Source of the DNA: Azolla caroliniana
Lineage: Eukaryota; Plantae; Polypodiophyta
Length of the DNA stretch: 64,000 nt
Direction of reading: 5' to 3'
Assembly: GCA_043228905.1 (NCBI GenBank)
Contig: JBHGNT010000002.1
Location: 24,552,001-24,616,000 of the forward strand
In this document: one piece after another, positions 9,882-19,596 of the stretch
Layout: every line of letters begins with the position of its first letter
Position numbering within the stretch: position 1 is the stretch's first letter
Translations under genes and position numbers: made by a program
Notes under the pieces: generated by a model
What the model was told of the DNA's origin: nothing
The model's input: only the letters and a program-made list of their open reading frames with translations
Database searches by the model: none

Positions 9882-11049
9882 TGTCGAATACAAGTGTATA
9901 ATGGACGTATTCACACTATCCCTTTGTATAGATCAAGTTTGGGCCATTTGTGTAATTAGCATAAATGGTAGTTGCCCTAAGTTTGTCACTATACATAGTG
10001 ACCTTGTAACCTTTTTGTAAGGTTGGGTTGTATTATTGTTTTCTATGGAATAGAAAGAGTCTTCTTGTGCCTTCTCTCTCTCTCTCTCTCTCTGTGTGCA
10101 CGATCTGAGAAATTGGAATACGCAGGTACTCAAAACCCTAATCGAATGCTTCTTGATCTTCCGCATCGACACGGCCTTGTCTCCAACAGACAGGCCAAGG
10201 CCGAAACCGTATGAGGAGGACCCGACTACGGAGAGCTGGATGGTGCAGACCCGGTATGAACCGGATGAGGAGTACCTGGCTACGGAGAGCCGGATGGTGC
10301 AGACCCGGTATGAACCAGATGAGGAGTACCCGGCTACGGAGAGCCGGATGGTGCAGGCCCGGTATGAACCGGATGAGGAGTACCCGGCTACGGAGAGCTG
10401 AATGGTGCAGGCCCGGTATGAACCGGATGAGGAGTACCCGGCTACGGAGAGCCGGATGGTGCAGGCCCGGTATGAACCGGATGAGGAGTACCCGGCTACG
10501 GAGAGCCGGATGGTACAGACCCGGTGAGAACCGGATGAAGAGACATATTCGTAAATATGTTTCTGAGAGCCCATCGAGGCTACATTTGTAAATAGCCGAA
10601 AAGTCATATTAGTATAAATATGACTTAGGGCAAACTCTTAGTAACTGTTGTTGTTGTCATTTTTTCCCTGTTGGTGCAAGAAGAAGAGAGAGCACGTAAT
10701 AGTGTACAGAGAGAGAGAGAGAGAGAGAAAGAGGTCGTTGCCTCTGTTGTAACCGCCGCCTGTGGCGAAGATCTATGAGCACGAGGTCGTTGCCTCAGTG
10801 AACTCACTGTTGTACATTCCCACATAGTGACAGTTTGCAGCCTGTGGGCTGCCGTGGTTTTTCCCTCTTTGGGTTTTCCACGTAAACCTCCTGTGTACCT
10901 TCCTCTCCTTTGAGTCGTGTTTTTCGTTTCCTGTTTTCTGTGTATGAAAAGAATCTCGGTTGTGGCCGAGCTTTGTGCATAAGGAGCGTTGAGTTCCTGT
11001 CAACATCATATATTTGATCATATGCTTATACTAGCTTTTGTATCTTACA
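9882..11049 (+). repeat. Copia 3' LTR (about 1.17 kb)
   Basis: Starts TG after PPT; TATAAATA near 10613; U5-like ggtttttccctc..gggttttccacgtaaa at 10856-10886; ends ..tatcttaCA. Right boundary is inferred because the 5' LTR is outside the window. Confidence 0.7.
10213..10536 (+). repeat. Six tandem copies of a 54-bp unit in the copia LTR U3
   Basis: Unit gaggagtacccggctacggagagccggatggtgcaggcccggtatgaaccggat at 10213, 10267, 10321, 10375, 10429, 10483. Confidence 0.95.
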
Positions 11050-12205
11050 ATAAGAAGTGAGATGAAATGTCTTCGTCTGTTTTCTCTATGTATAGTTATC
11101 AATTATCTTTCTTACAAAAAGAAAACAATGGTATTGGACAATCATGGGGTTTTGTATTTGTCTATTGTCCTTTGCTCGGAGGTGGTTGGTATGGTTAAAC
11201 ACCCTTAATCCACTCTCTCTCTCTAATCTTTTAATTCATTGCTTGTTGGTAATAGTGACCAATTTGGACATACTTTCCTAGGGATAATTAGCGATTATCA
11301 ACTCTTGGGAGAACCGGAGAGAAAATAAGTTTCATATTCTTGTTAGACTTTATTGAGAAAAGCATTCTAATTGTTTTGTACTCCATAATAAGATAGCGTG
11401 TCTTTGAAAGCTACTTAAGAACATGCCAAATACATGTACTTGGTTTTGCATTAATATAAGTATCTCCAATTTTATTTTTAATATGTTGTCTCTTCTATTT
11501 ATTAGGTTTTAGGTCAATGGTTTGTCCATTAGCAAGAACATCTCTCTCACACACACTTCAATGTAAATATATGCGTTTGAGAGTGCACATTGACTGTTGT
11601 AATTCTTAAATATTAGGGCCTAAAGAATAAACATAACTAATTAATTAAGCGTCTTGATCAGAGACCCTTTCCCACTCAAAAGTTTTCAAATAATGATGTC
11701 ATTTCTCTTGTTGTAGTGTGGAAAGAACCAAATCAACGCGCCACTTAGCATGATTGTGGCTCGGGTCATGACGTTGTTTTTGTTGCTAGTGGAGAACATT
11801 CCCTCTCAAAACTCACTCCTTTCCTTCTAATGCCCCATAAATGATTGTTGAAAGAGGGTTATTTTCTTAATACAAAATATATTTGAATTCGTACAAAAAG
11901 AAAGTGTAAACTATACATGTAAGGTTGTTTGTTCTTGTGTCCAAGCGTGTCTGACATTGATGCTATCACATGAGAGAGAGAGAGAGAGAAGCAATCTCAA
12001 GGAAGATGACAAGAATTTGTGGGATTTAGGAGATAGATACGAGTAAGTATAAATATAAATGATTACGCGCATGGAAATGAAATGAAATGCTATAACCATG
12101 TCATGATAACAATAACAAAAAGGAAAGTGGCCTATGACTACCAACACAATTCACACACCCACACAAATATAGCTTGAGACGGAGGGAGAGAGAGAGAGGG
12201 AGAGG

Positions 12206-12246
<41 letters not shown>

Positions 12247-12469
12247 TAATTTGAAAAGTCGCCTAACGTGATCAAAGTGGAATTTTTTTTTACAACCACG
12301 AGTTGGAGAGAGGTGGTGGGGTGGTAAGAATCGAAGGCGAGAGAGGAATGTAAGGTAGACCGAAAAGAGGGTGTCGACGAGAGACAATGAATGAAGCTCA
12401 AAGAAAGGTGGTTCGAGTGACACATAAAGGGGAAGGCATCTACGAGAGCGAGCGAGAGAGAGAGAGAGA

Positions 12470-12594
12470 GAGACACGGAGACGAGCATCTTGGGACCAAT
12501 TTACCACAACCAAAGGAACAAAGAGCAAGAGAGAGAGAGAGACACGGAGATGAGCATCTTGGGACCAATTTACCACAACCAAAGGAACAAAGAG

Positions 12595-12600
<6 letters not shown>
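12470..12600 (+). repeat. Tandem duplication (about 70 bp x2) embedded in (GA)n tracts
   Basis: gagacacggaga.gagcatcttgggaccaatttaccacaaccaaaggaacaaagagcaa repeated. Confidence 0.9.
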
Positions 12601-12642
<42 letters not shown>

Positions 12643-12675
12643 TGTGTGGATGAGGTGATATGTTTTGTGAGGCCA

Positions 12676-12954
12676 AGTATTAAGTATGTATGTATGTGGT
12701 GTACAAAACAAAATATGCACATGTATGTATGTATTGTATATGCATGTGAAGTTTGTTTGTTGTTGTGTGAGGACAAAAGACTTTTCTATTAGATCACATT
12801 TCCTTCCAAACCTTCTCAAGTATTAAGTATGTATGTATGTGGTGTACAAAACAAAATATGCACATGTATGTATGTATGTATGTATGTATGTATGTATGTA
12901 TGTATGTATATGTGGGCACAAAAGACTTTTCTATTAGATCACATTTCCCTCCAA

Positions 12955-12962
<8 letters not shown>
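12676..12962 (+). repeat. Tandem duplication (about 140 bp x2) upstream of ADC
   Basis: aagtattaagtatgtatgtatgtggtgtacaaaacaaaatatgcac...caaaagacttttctattagatcacatt...ccaaaccttctc twice; second copy has expanded (TATG)n. Confidence 0.9.
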
Positions 12963-12993
<31 letters not shown>

Positions 12994-13394
12994 ACATATA
13001 TGTATGTATATATATAGAGAAGTGAAGCAACCTCTTCTATATCACTCACTCACACTTAAAAAAAACTTACTTAACTCAATTGCCTCTGCTCTGATCTGTT
13101 CTTTCTCCATCTCCCAATTTCCTCTTCAATTCCTGCATATCGCCAAATTCATCATCATCATCATATATATATACTATATACATCGCCCAATTTCCTTTCC
13201 CTTCTTCCTTATTCATCCATCATATACATATATACATATACATACATACATATATGTATATGTATGTATCGCCCATAACTCCATAGCTTCTCCATCGCCC
13301 AATTTGTGATCCACTGTCTACTTTCTCTTCCTACTCAGAACCCTAAAGCTTTTATCAGCGTTTTACAAATCTCCACTTCCTCTGCTTCCCCTTC

Positions 13395-13435
13395 AGCTGA
13401 GCCGAGGCTCCTTTGCCTCGGCATCTGTCTGAGCT
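13395..13435 (+). promoter_or_regulatory. ADC-box-like GC-rich hairpin in the ADC 5' leader
   Basis: GCCGAGGC-tccttt-GCCTCGGC perfect 8-bp stem (13401-13422), about 130 nt before the ATG; resembles the conserved land-plant ADC 5'UTR element as recalled. Confidence 0.7.
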
Positions 13436-13552
13436 ATATAATAATACATACAATTTTCCTACCACTTCTCTCTCTCTCTCTCCATTAAGAGCTTGATTCT
13501 TGTGAATCCCTGCTCTCTGTTGTTGTTGTTGTTTTTATTTTTTTTCTTAAAC

Positions 13553-15823
13553 ATGCCAATCCTCTCATCAAATGGCCAAAATGAGCAGCACCAATCCTCT
13601 CCAAGCAATGGTGGCACTGCAGGCCTACCATGGTCCCCTTCTCTCTCTTCTTCCTTGTACAAATTAGACACCTGGGGCTCCCCTTACTTCTCTGTAAACC
13701 CACAGGGCCATGTATGTGTGGCTCCTGATGGCCTCCTCCTCCCCACAAAGAAGCCTTGTGATGAGATAGACCTCATGAAAGTGGTGCACCAGGCCCTCAA
13801 GCCCCTCAACAAAGGTGGGCTAGGCCTCTCCACCCCTCTCATCATTCGCTTCCCCCACATTCTGAAACACAGGCTACAATGCCTCCAATCTGCCTTTGAT
13901 AATGCCATCAGAAACCATCATAATTACAATAACACCTTCCGCGCCGTCTTCCCCGTCAAATGCAACCAGGATCGCGCCATCGTCGAGAACATCGTAAGCT
14001 ACGGAAAGCCCTTTGGATTCGGCCTCGAAGCCGGCTCCAAGCCAGAGCTCCTCTTGGCCATGGCTTCCCTGTGCTACAAAGGCAGCCCAGATGCTTTGCT
14101 CATATGCAATGGCTACAAAGATGCCCACTATGTGTGCTTGGCATTGATGGCTCGCCTCCGCCTCCGCCTCCACTCGGTCATCGTCCTCGAGCAAGAAGAG
14201 GAGCTGGACATTGTACTGAAGGTGAGTGCCCATCTCTCCATTGAGCCTGTCATTGGGCTTAGGGCAAAGCTCAACACCAAGCATGATGGCCACTTTGGTG
14301 ACACCTCTGGTGAGAAGGGCAAATTTGGCCTCTCTTGCTCCGAAATCATGAGTGTTGTTAACAAGCTCAAGGCTGTGAACAAACTCCATTGCTTGCAACT
14401 CCTCCATTTCCATATAGGCTCTCAAATCCCATCCACCGCCATTCTTAAGGATGGGGTGAGTGAGGCCGCCCACATCTATTGCGAGCTCGCCCGCATGGGG
14501 GCCAACATGAAAATCATGGACATCGGAGGGGGCCTCGGGATCGACTACGACGGCACCAAATCTTCCTCGTCCGACATGTCGGTCGGGTACACATTGGACG
14601 AATACGCGGCCCAAGTTGTCGGGTCCGTGAAGAATGCTTGCGACATGAAGGGCATCGAACCCCCCATGTTGTGTAGCGAGAGTGGCCGCGCACTTGTCTC
14701 GCACCACTCCGTGCTCGTCTTCGATGTCATCTCTTCCAGCACAAAGGCAAAGCACACATCCCAAGGGCTGATTCCTTCACACGTGCAAGATGAAGTCCCT
14801 AGCGAGTTGAGGAACTTGGTAGACGTCTCGCTCGAACACATCCGAGACCTTAACTACGATGGGGCTTTGGAGGTTGCAAAACTCCTTAAAGAAGAGTGCA
14901 TCCACTTGTTCAAGGGTGGCCAATTTGGCTTGCCACAATTGGCTTCCATTCATAACTTCTGTGATGTGGTGTCGGAGTGGGTTTCACGAAAAGACGAGGG
15001 ACAAATGTCATCGATCTTTGCGGGGAACTCGACAAAGGTGCGTGAGAACGAGACCACTGACCTACATCACAATGCCATATACCACATAAATTTGTCCATT
15101 TTTCAGTCCATGCCAGATACGTGGGCAATAGGACAACTTTTTCCCATCATGCCCTTGCAAAGGCTAAATGAAGAGCCAAAGGTAAGGGCAATTTTGTCCG
15201 ACTTAACATGCGACAGTGATGGGAAAATAACCAAATTCATTGGCACGGGTGCCAAGGGGGGCAAATTAAACTATTTAAACGTGCATTCGTTAGAGGAAGG
15301 TAAACCATATTACATGGGGATGTTCTTGGGTGGGGCTTATCAAGAAGCATTGGGAGGAATACACAACCTCTTTGGATCACTAGATGTGGTGAATGTGAAC
15401 AAAGATGGGCGCATTGGCAATGGTTTCAAGGTTACGAAAGGATGCGATGGTCAGACGATCGGTGACGTGTTGAGGAGAATGGACTATGATCCTTCCACAA
15501 TGCTAGAATGCGTCAAACTTCACATACAAAAGAACTTGGAATGTACCAATGATGGTGGGGACAACAACATGATGGATTTCATCGAGAAGCTGGCATGGAG
15601 TTTTGAAGCCTCTCCTTATCTCTCCTCCAACAATGTCATCTCTCCTTTGACCACCGAGCGTGTTTACACAAGGTTCTCAAGAAACAACTATCATTATTTT
15701 CAACCCTCCATGCCAATTGGCCTATTAACAACCAATAACCAATCAATGCTCTCATCCGTGATGAGGGCAACTAAGCATAACTCCTTCCATATGGTTGACC
15801 CCGACCCCTTCCACAACATCTAG
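13553..15823 (+). CDS. ADC: Arginine decarboxylase (intronless, 756 aa from ATG 13553)
   Basis: LY..WG.PYF.VN, FPVKCNQ (PLP lysine), GLEAGSKPEL, CNGYKD, HFHIGSQI, DIGGGLGIDYDG, SESGRA, DLTCDSDG, GAYQEALG..HNLFG. Confidence 0.97.
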   Translation: MPILSSNGQNEQHQSSPSNGGTAGLPWSPSLSSSLYKLDTWGSPYFSVNPQGHVCVAPDGLLLPTKKPCDEIDLMKVVHQALKPLNKGGLGLSTPLIIRFPHILKHRLQCLQSAFDNAIRNHHNYNNTFRAVFPVKCNQDRAIVENIVSYGKPFGFGLEAGSKPELLLAMASLCYKGSPDALLICNGYKDAHYVCLALMARLRLRLHSVIVLEQEEELDIVLKVSAHLSIEPVIGLRAKLNTKHDGHFGDTSGEKGKFGLSCSEIMSVVNKLKAVNKLHCLQLLHFHIGSQIPSTAILKDGVSEAAHIYCELARMGANMKIMDIGGGLGIDYDGTKSSSSDMSVGYTLDEYAAQVVGSVKNACDMKGIEPPMLCSESGRALVSHHSVLVFDVISSSTKAKHTSQGLIPSHVQDEVPSELRNLVDVSLEHIRDLNYDGALEVAKLLKEECIHLFKGGQFGLPQLASIHNFCDVVSEWVSRKDEGQMSSIFAGNSTKVRENETTDLHHNAIYHINLSIFQSMPDTWAIGQLFPIMPLQRLNEEPKVRAILSDLTCDSDGKITKFIGTGAKGGKLNYLNVHSLEEGKPYYMGMFLGGAYQEALGGIHNLFGSLDVVNVNKDGRIGNGFKVTKGCDGQTIGDVLRRMDYDPSTMLECVKLHIQKNLECTNDGGDNNMMDFIEKLAWSFEASPYLSSNNVISPLTTERVYTRFSRNNYHYFQPSMPIGLLTTNNQSMLSSVMRATKHNSFHMVDPDPFHNI

Positions 15824-16989
15824 ACCTCTTTCGTCTTTTGTTATTGGTATTTTTTCTTGCACACGTATTAGCTCATATGTTCCTTCTTTATACCTCAAGA
15901 AAGTGTCTTCTCGAGTTCAATACATAAAACCATAAACACGTCCCCAAATATATGTATCCATTGATAAATTTGTATGACATGTAATCAATCCACCAATTAC
16001 CGCCGTTAATTTTCACATAATTATGTTGGAAATTTTCCAATATAAGCATCAAAATTTCTCACCAACATAATTTGCAAAAGCTCCCAATGTTTGTCGATGT
16101 AATAATGGCAAATATAAAGGCTTCATTTTCCCTTTTGTAACTATCAAGCTACCTTTTAAGGCAAAATTACTTGGAGACGGGATAAATGTTTTTGTTTTTT
16201 CCTTTCCTTTTCTTTTCTCATGGAACAAGGCTTCCAGACAATGTGAACCACATTGTCCCCTCCCCATGTGCATGCACATAGAAATATCAAATGTACACCT
16301 AGTGCAAAGAATCTTTCGTTCTTTTTTCCCTTTATAGTAATTGATTCTAAATTAGGAATCCGATTTTCACAAGAATAAATGGATACTTCATGGGTTTTGT
16401 CCTCACGTGGGAGCTCTTACTTGGGTCAAGTAAATGCCGTCTACGAATAAGTTAATTATTTACATCTATGTTGTTTATATGTTGATTCACAATGGGTGGA
16501 GTGTATGAATGTGTGCATGCACCTACTTGCTCACCTTTGAGTGATTGTGGATTCAAATTTAAGCCTATACTATACCGCGCACATCATGTTTGTATGTTAG
16601 GTTGATATTATTGTTCATGACAAAACACTACCAATTTGATTTGATCTCTACCACCAAAGAATACTTATCATGATACATAACAACCTTATCTTCCTAGAGC
16701 CTTTAATGTCCAACCCACTTCCTCTCTTTTTTAAATGCATCGCAAGTGTATGAAGCACACCTTTTCTCGATAAATTTCATTATTCCTTTTCACATGCAAC
16801 ACATTCATTGAGTGTACCCAAGTGGGCTTGATGTAAGACATGCCAATGATTGATCCAAGTTTCATGATCCATAGAACGTAATATTCGTGTTCGTGCAAGC
16901 ATTCCAACGTTTGGAAACGAACACGTTTGAAATGGGAAAAATACGTGCTCCTTTTTTTGAAACTTTTTTTTCATTTGTTGTTGTTATAA

Positions 16990-17392
16990 TTTAGCTCACC
17001 CTAGTGGTGAGGAGTCATGCTATTGCTGTGTTTGTCTTGGGTTCGATTCCCAATTTTCTCATCTTTTTCTCTCTCATTATTATTACCATGTCATAGCAAA
17101 TTTTTATGCTAGTGTTATAATAGTTTTTTTCTTTTATTTCTTTATTATTACAACTAAGCACAACCTAGTGGTAAGTTGTTGTGCTACTATTACTTGTTTC
17201 TTGGGTTAGATTCCCAACTTACTCATATCCTCTTGTTAGTGTCATGGCAAATTTTTATGTTAGTGTCGTGTTCCTTTTTCTTCTTTTTCTTTCTTTCTTT
17301 GTTATTAGAAATTAGCACACCCGAGTTGTTAGTTGTTATGCTACTACTACCTATGTCATGGCAAATTTTTATGTTAGTATCATGTTCCTTTT

Positions 17393-17432
<40 letters not shown>

Positions 17433-17490
17433 TGTTATTAGAAATTAGGTCACCCTAGTGGTAAGTTGTTATGCTACTACTACCTATGTT
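16990..17490 (+). repeat. Degenerate tandem repeat (about 150 bp x3-4) with a tRNA/SINE-like head
   Basis: Recurring cacccTAGTGGTaag..tgctactactac..gtcatggcaaatttttatg; first copy has B box GGGTTCGATTCCC at 17039-17051. Confidence 0.55.
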
Positions 17491-18605
17491 ATGTTTTCTT
17501 CATATTCTCGAATATATGTTTTATGAGTTTTTGAACGTTTGATTATAATTTATAATGACATATTTTGATTCAATCTCTATAGTTCATACTCATTTTTTTG
17601 TAAAGTTCTAAAGTAAGGATGATAGAGAAGTCTTGATTCGCATCCCAAAAGTATGCATGTGATACAATGCAAATATTGCAACCATACTTATGTTGGTGGT
17701 TCACAATGGATTAGAGTTCACTTATTAGGATTGAGAGTGAATCAATACATAATATAGACCCTAGTCAATCCAATCCAACTTTGAGATGATTTACCATACA
17801 CGTTTGATTGAAATCATTCTCGAATGCGAATGCACATATGATACGTATGGTTCATTCTATGGTTTCATCTAATTTTCTAGTGTAATGAAGACTTAACAAT
17901 TTCTCGCTCTCGTACATATGTCCAGATTTGTGTTCATTCTTCATGACATTCATATAAGGAAAGAAAATGGTCAAAGTTAATATTACAAATGATGTTATGT
18001 ATTATGCAAAATGTAACCAAATAAATATGTATCTTGAGATTCCACCTTTTAGAATCATCAAAAAACTAGATGTGTGAATTCAAGTTTTATTTGATTGACT
18101 TGGGTTAGAGAATCCAACAGTTGGAACATTAAGATATGTGATGAATAATAGAAATTCATAAACCCCAAGCAAACATTTTAATGTTGCAAATATTTTCCAT
18201 TTGTTTTAAATTGAGACACTTACTAGAGGCCAAAACATGTCTTGAGTAACGTGGACTAGCGTGCCATCGAAATCACAATGATGCATATCTTCAGTGACGT
18301 GGACTGACGTGCCATCGACAACATGTCTTTCACTCCTCCTCCAAAAAGAAACCACATGACTTTGCATAAGCTATATACAAAAGATCTTTTAGAATGTTTG
18401 CGGCGGCCCGCCAATGGCACTTTGATTTTTTGATAAAAGTAGTGGCTATCAAATTTCTTTGCTAAAAGTAGTGGCATTTTTTAGGATAGGACAAAGACAA
18501 AGTAGCACCATTTTACAAAGATTCTATGCTAAAAGTATTCCAAAGGGGCACATAAGGTTAGGTAAATAGATATCTTTTAAACGTCCACAAGAGACTGATT
18601 GTGAT

Positions 18606-18918
18606 CTATGGTAACAATTGACAACGGTTCGGTTTGAAAGCGTCAAAACTGAACCGTTGAAAAAAAATTCAAACCGTTAAAATCGTGGTTTCATGGTTCG
18701 GTTTTGGTTTTCAAACTTAGGTCAAAATTAAAATTAAATTTTTTTAAAGATTTTCCTAAAATGTGAGAATAAGGCTTGAAAATGAAAATATTGTTTAAAA
18801 AATAAATAAAATAAACGTTAAACTGTTTAAACCGTGGTTTCTAACTGTTGAAACCGAACCGTTAAGCTGTAAAATCGCAATTTTGCAGTTCGGTTCGGTC
18901 CAAACTGTTTATCTATAG
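18606..18918. mobile_element. Degenerate hAT-type MITE
   Basis: Imperfect terminal inverted repeats (ctatggtaacaattg / caaactgtttatctatag) with many subterminal AACCG/CGGTT motifs and an AT-rich core. Confidence 0.55.
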
Positions 18919-19480
18919 GACAAAGAAGGGGAGGGGGGGTAGCCCAATGCGAGGGCCAAAACTTGGGGGGCTCCAGAAGTTATGGTTGTGATGTTATGCA
19001 ACGAGAGAAACTAGGTATGAGCATATACAATGAATGGCCCAGGTTGTGGCAACGAAGCACTAGCCATCCATCGTGCCAACTGACCTAGGCCTACATCTTG
19101 TCTGGAGGAGCTTGTGGACAGACACGCATCCAACATTGGACTTGTTACGTGAGTGGGTGGGGGTGTGGAAAGAGAGAACTCAATCCCAAGCGATGGGTGA
19201 GGCCTATTGAGCCAGAGACCTACAAAATGACTCTCCTCCGTCATTGTCGTACCAATGGCTAAGATATGGCTTCTGTTTTGTTGCTAGGTCTGTGTCTCGG
19301 GCGGATCGTGTGCTTCTCTGTCTTGTGAGTTGTCCGAAGTCCCGCCCGCCCGCCACCATTCTTTCCTTTTTGTAATTTCATCTACATACATACTAACGAC
19401 TCTCATCAAACCGCTTCATTTTTAGGGTTTCCATATTCGATTTTGCCATAGCTGAACCCTTTATCCATATCTGCTATTTT

Positions 19481-19521
<41 letters not shown>

Positions 19522-19596
19522 GATATGATCTTATCTCTCCTTATATGATATTTGTCTCTATATGTTCTTTAAAATCTTTCTCTCTCTAGAAAAGCT

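Larger units (their letters stand above)
1..11049 (+). mobile_element. Ty1/copia LTR retrotransposon (Tnt1/Tork-like), 5' end outside window, interrupted at 2975-8770 by a nested Ty3/gypsy element
   Basis: Gag-PR-IN-RT-RH order typical of copia; PPT at 9871-9881 followed by TG-starting 3' LTR; removing the insert and one TSD copy restores a continuous ORF (..RQLR|LKFAMKDLG..). Confidence 0.95.

Noticed and set aside
10213-10536. Regular repeat array as CRISPR, hammerhead ribozyme or repeat-protein ORFs
   Set aside because: Contiguous units without unique spacers in a eukaryotic LTR; no CTGATGA..GAAA core; ORFs arise because 54 is a multiple of 3
11911-13309. Cluster of short ORFs rich in ER/SL/YVCM repeats
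   Set aside because: Translations of (GA)n and (TATG)n microsatellites
13874-14764. 296-aa antisense ORF over ADC
   Set aside because: Shadow of the GC-rich ADC coding strand; no recognisable motifs
13553-15823. Intronless ADC as a retrocopy or recent bacterial transfer
   Set aside because: Plant ADC genes are normally intronless; plant-type N-terminus and leader hairpin are present
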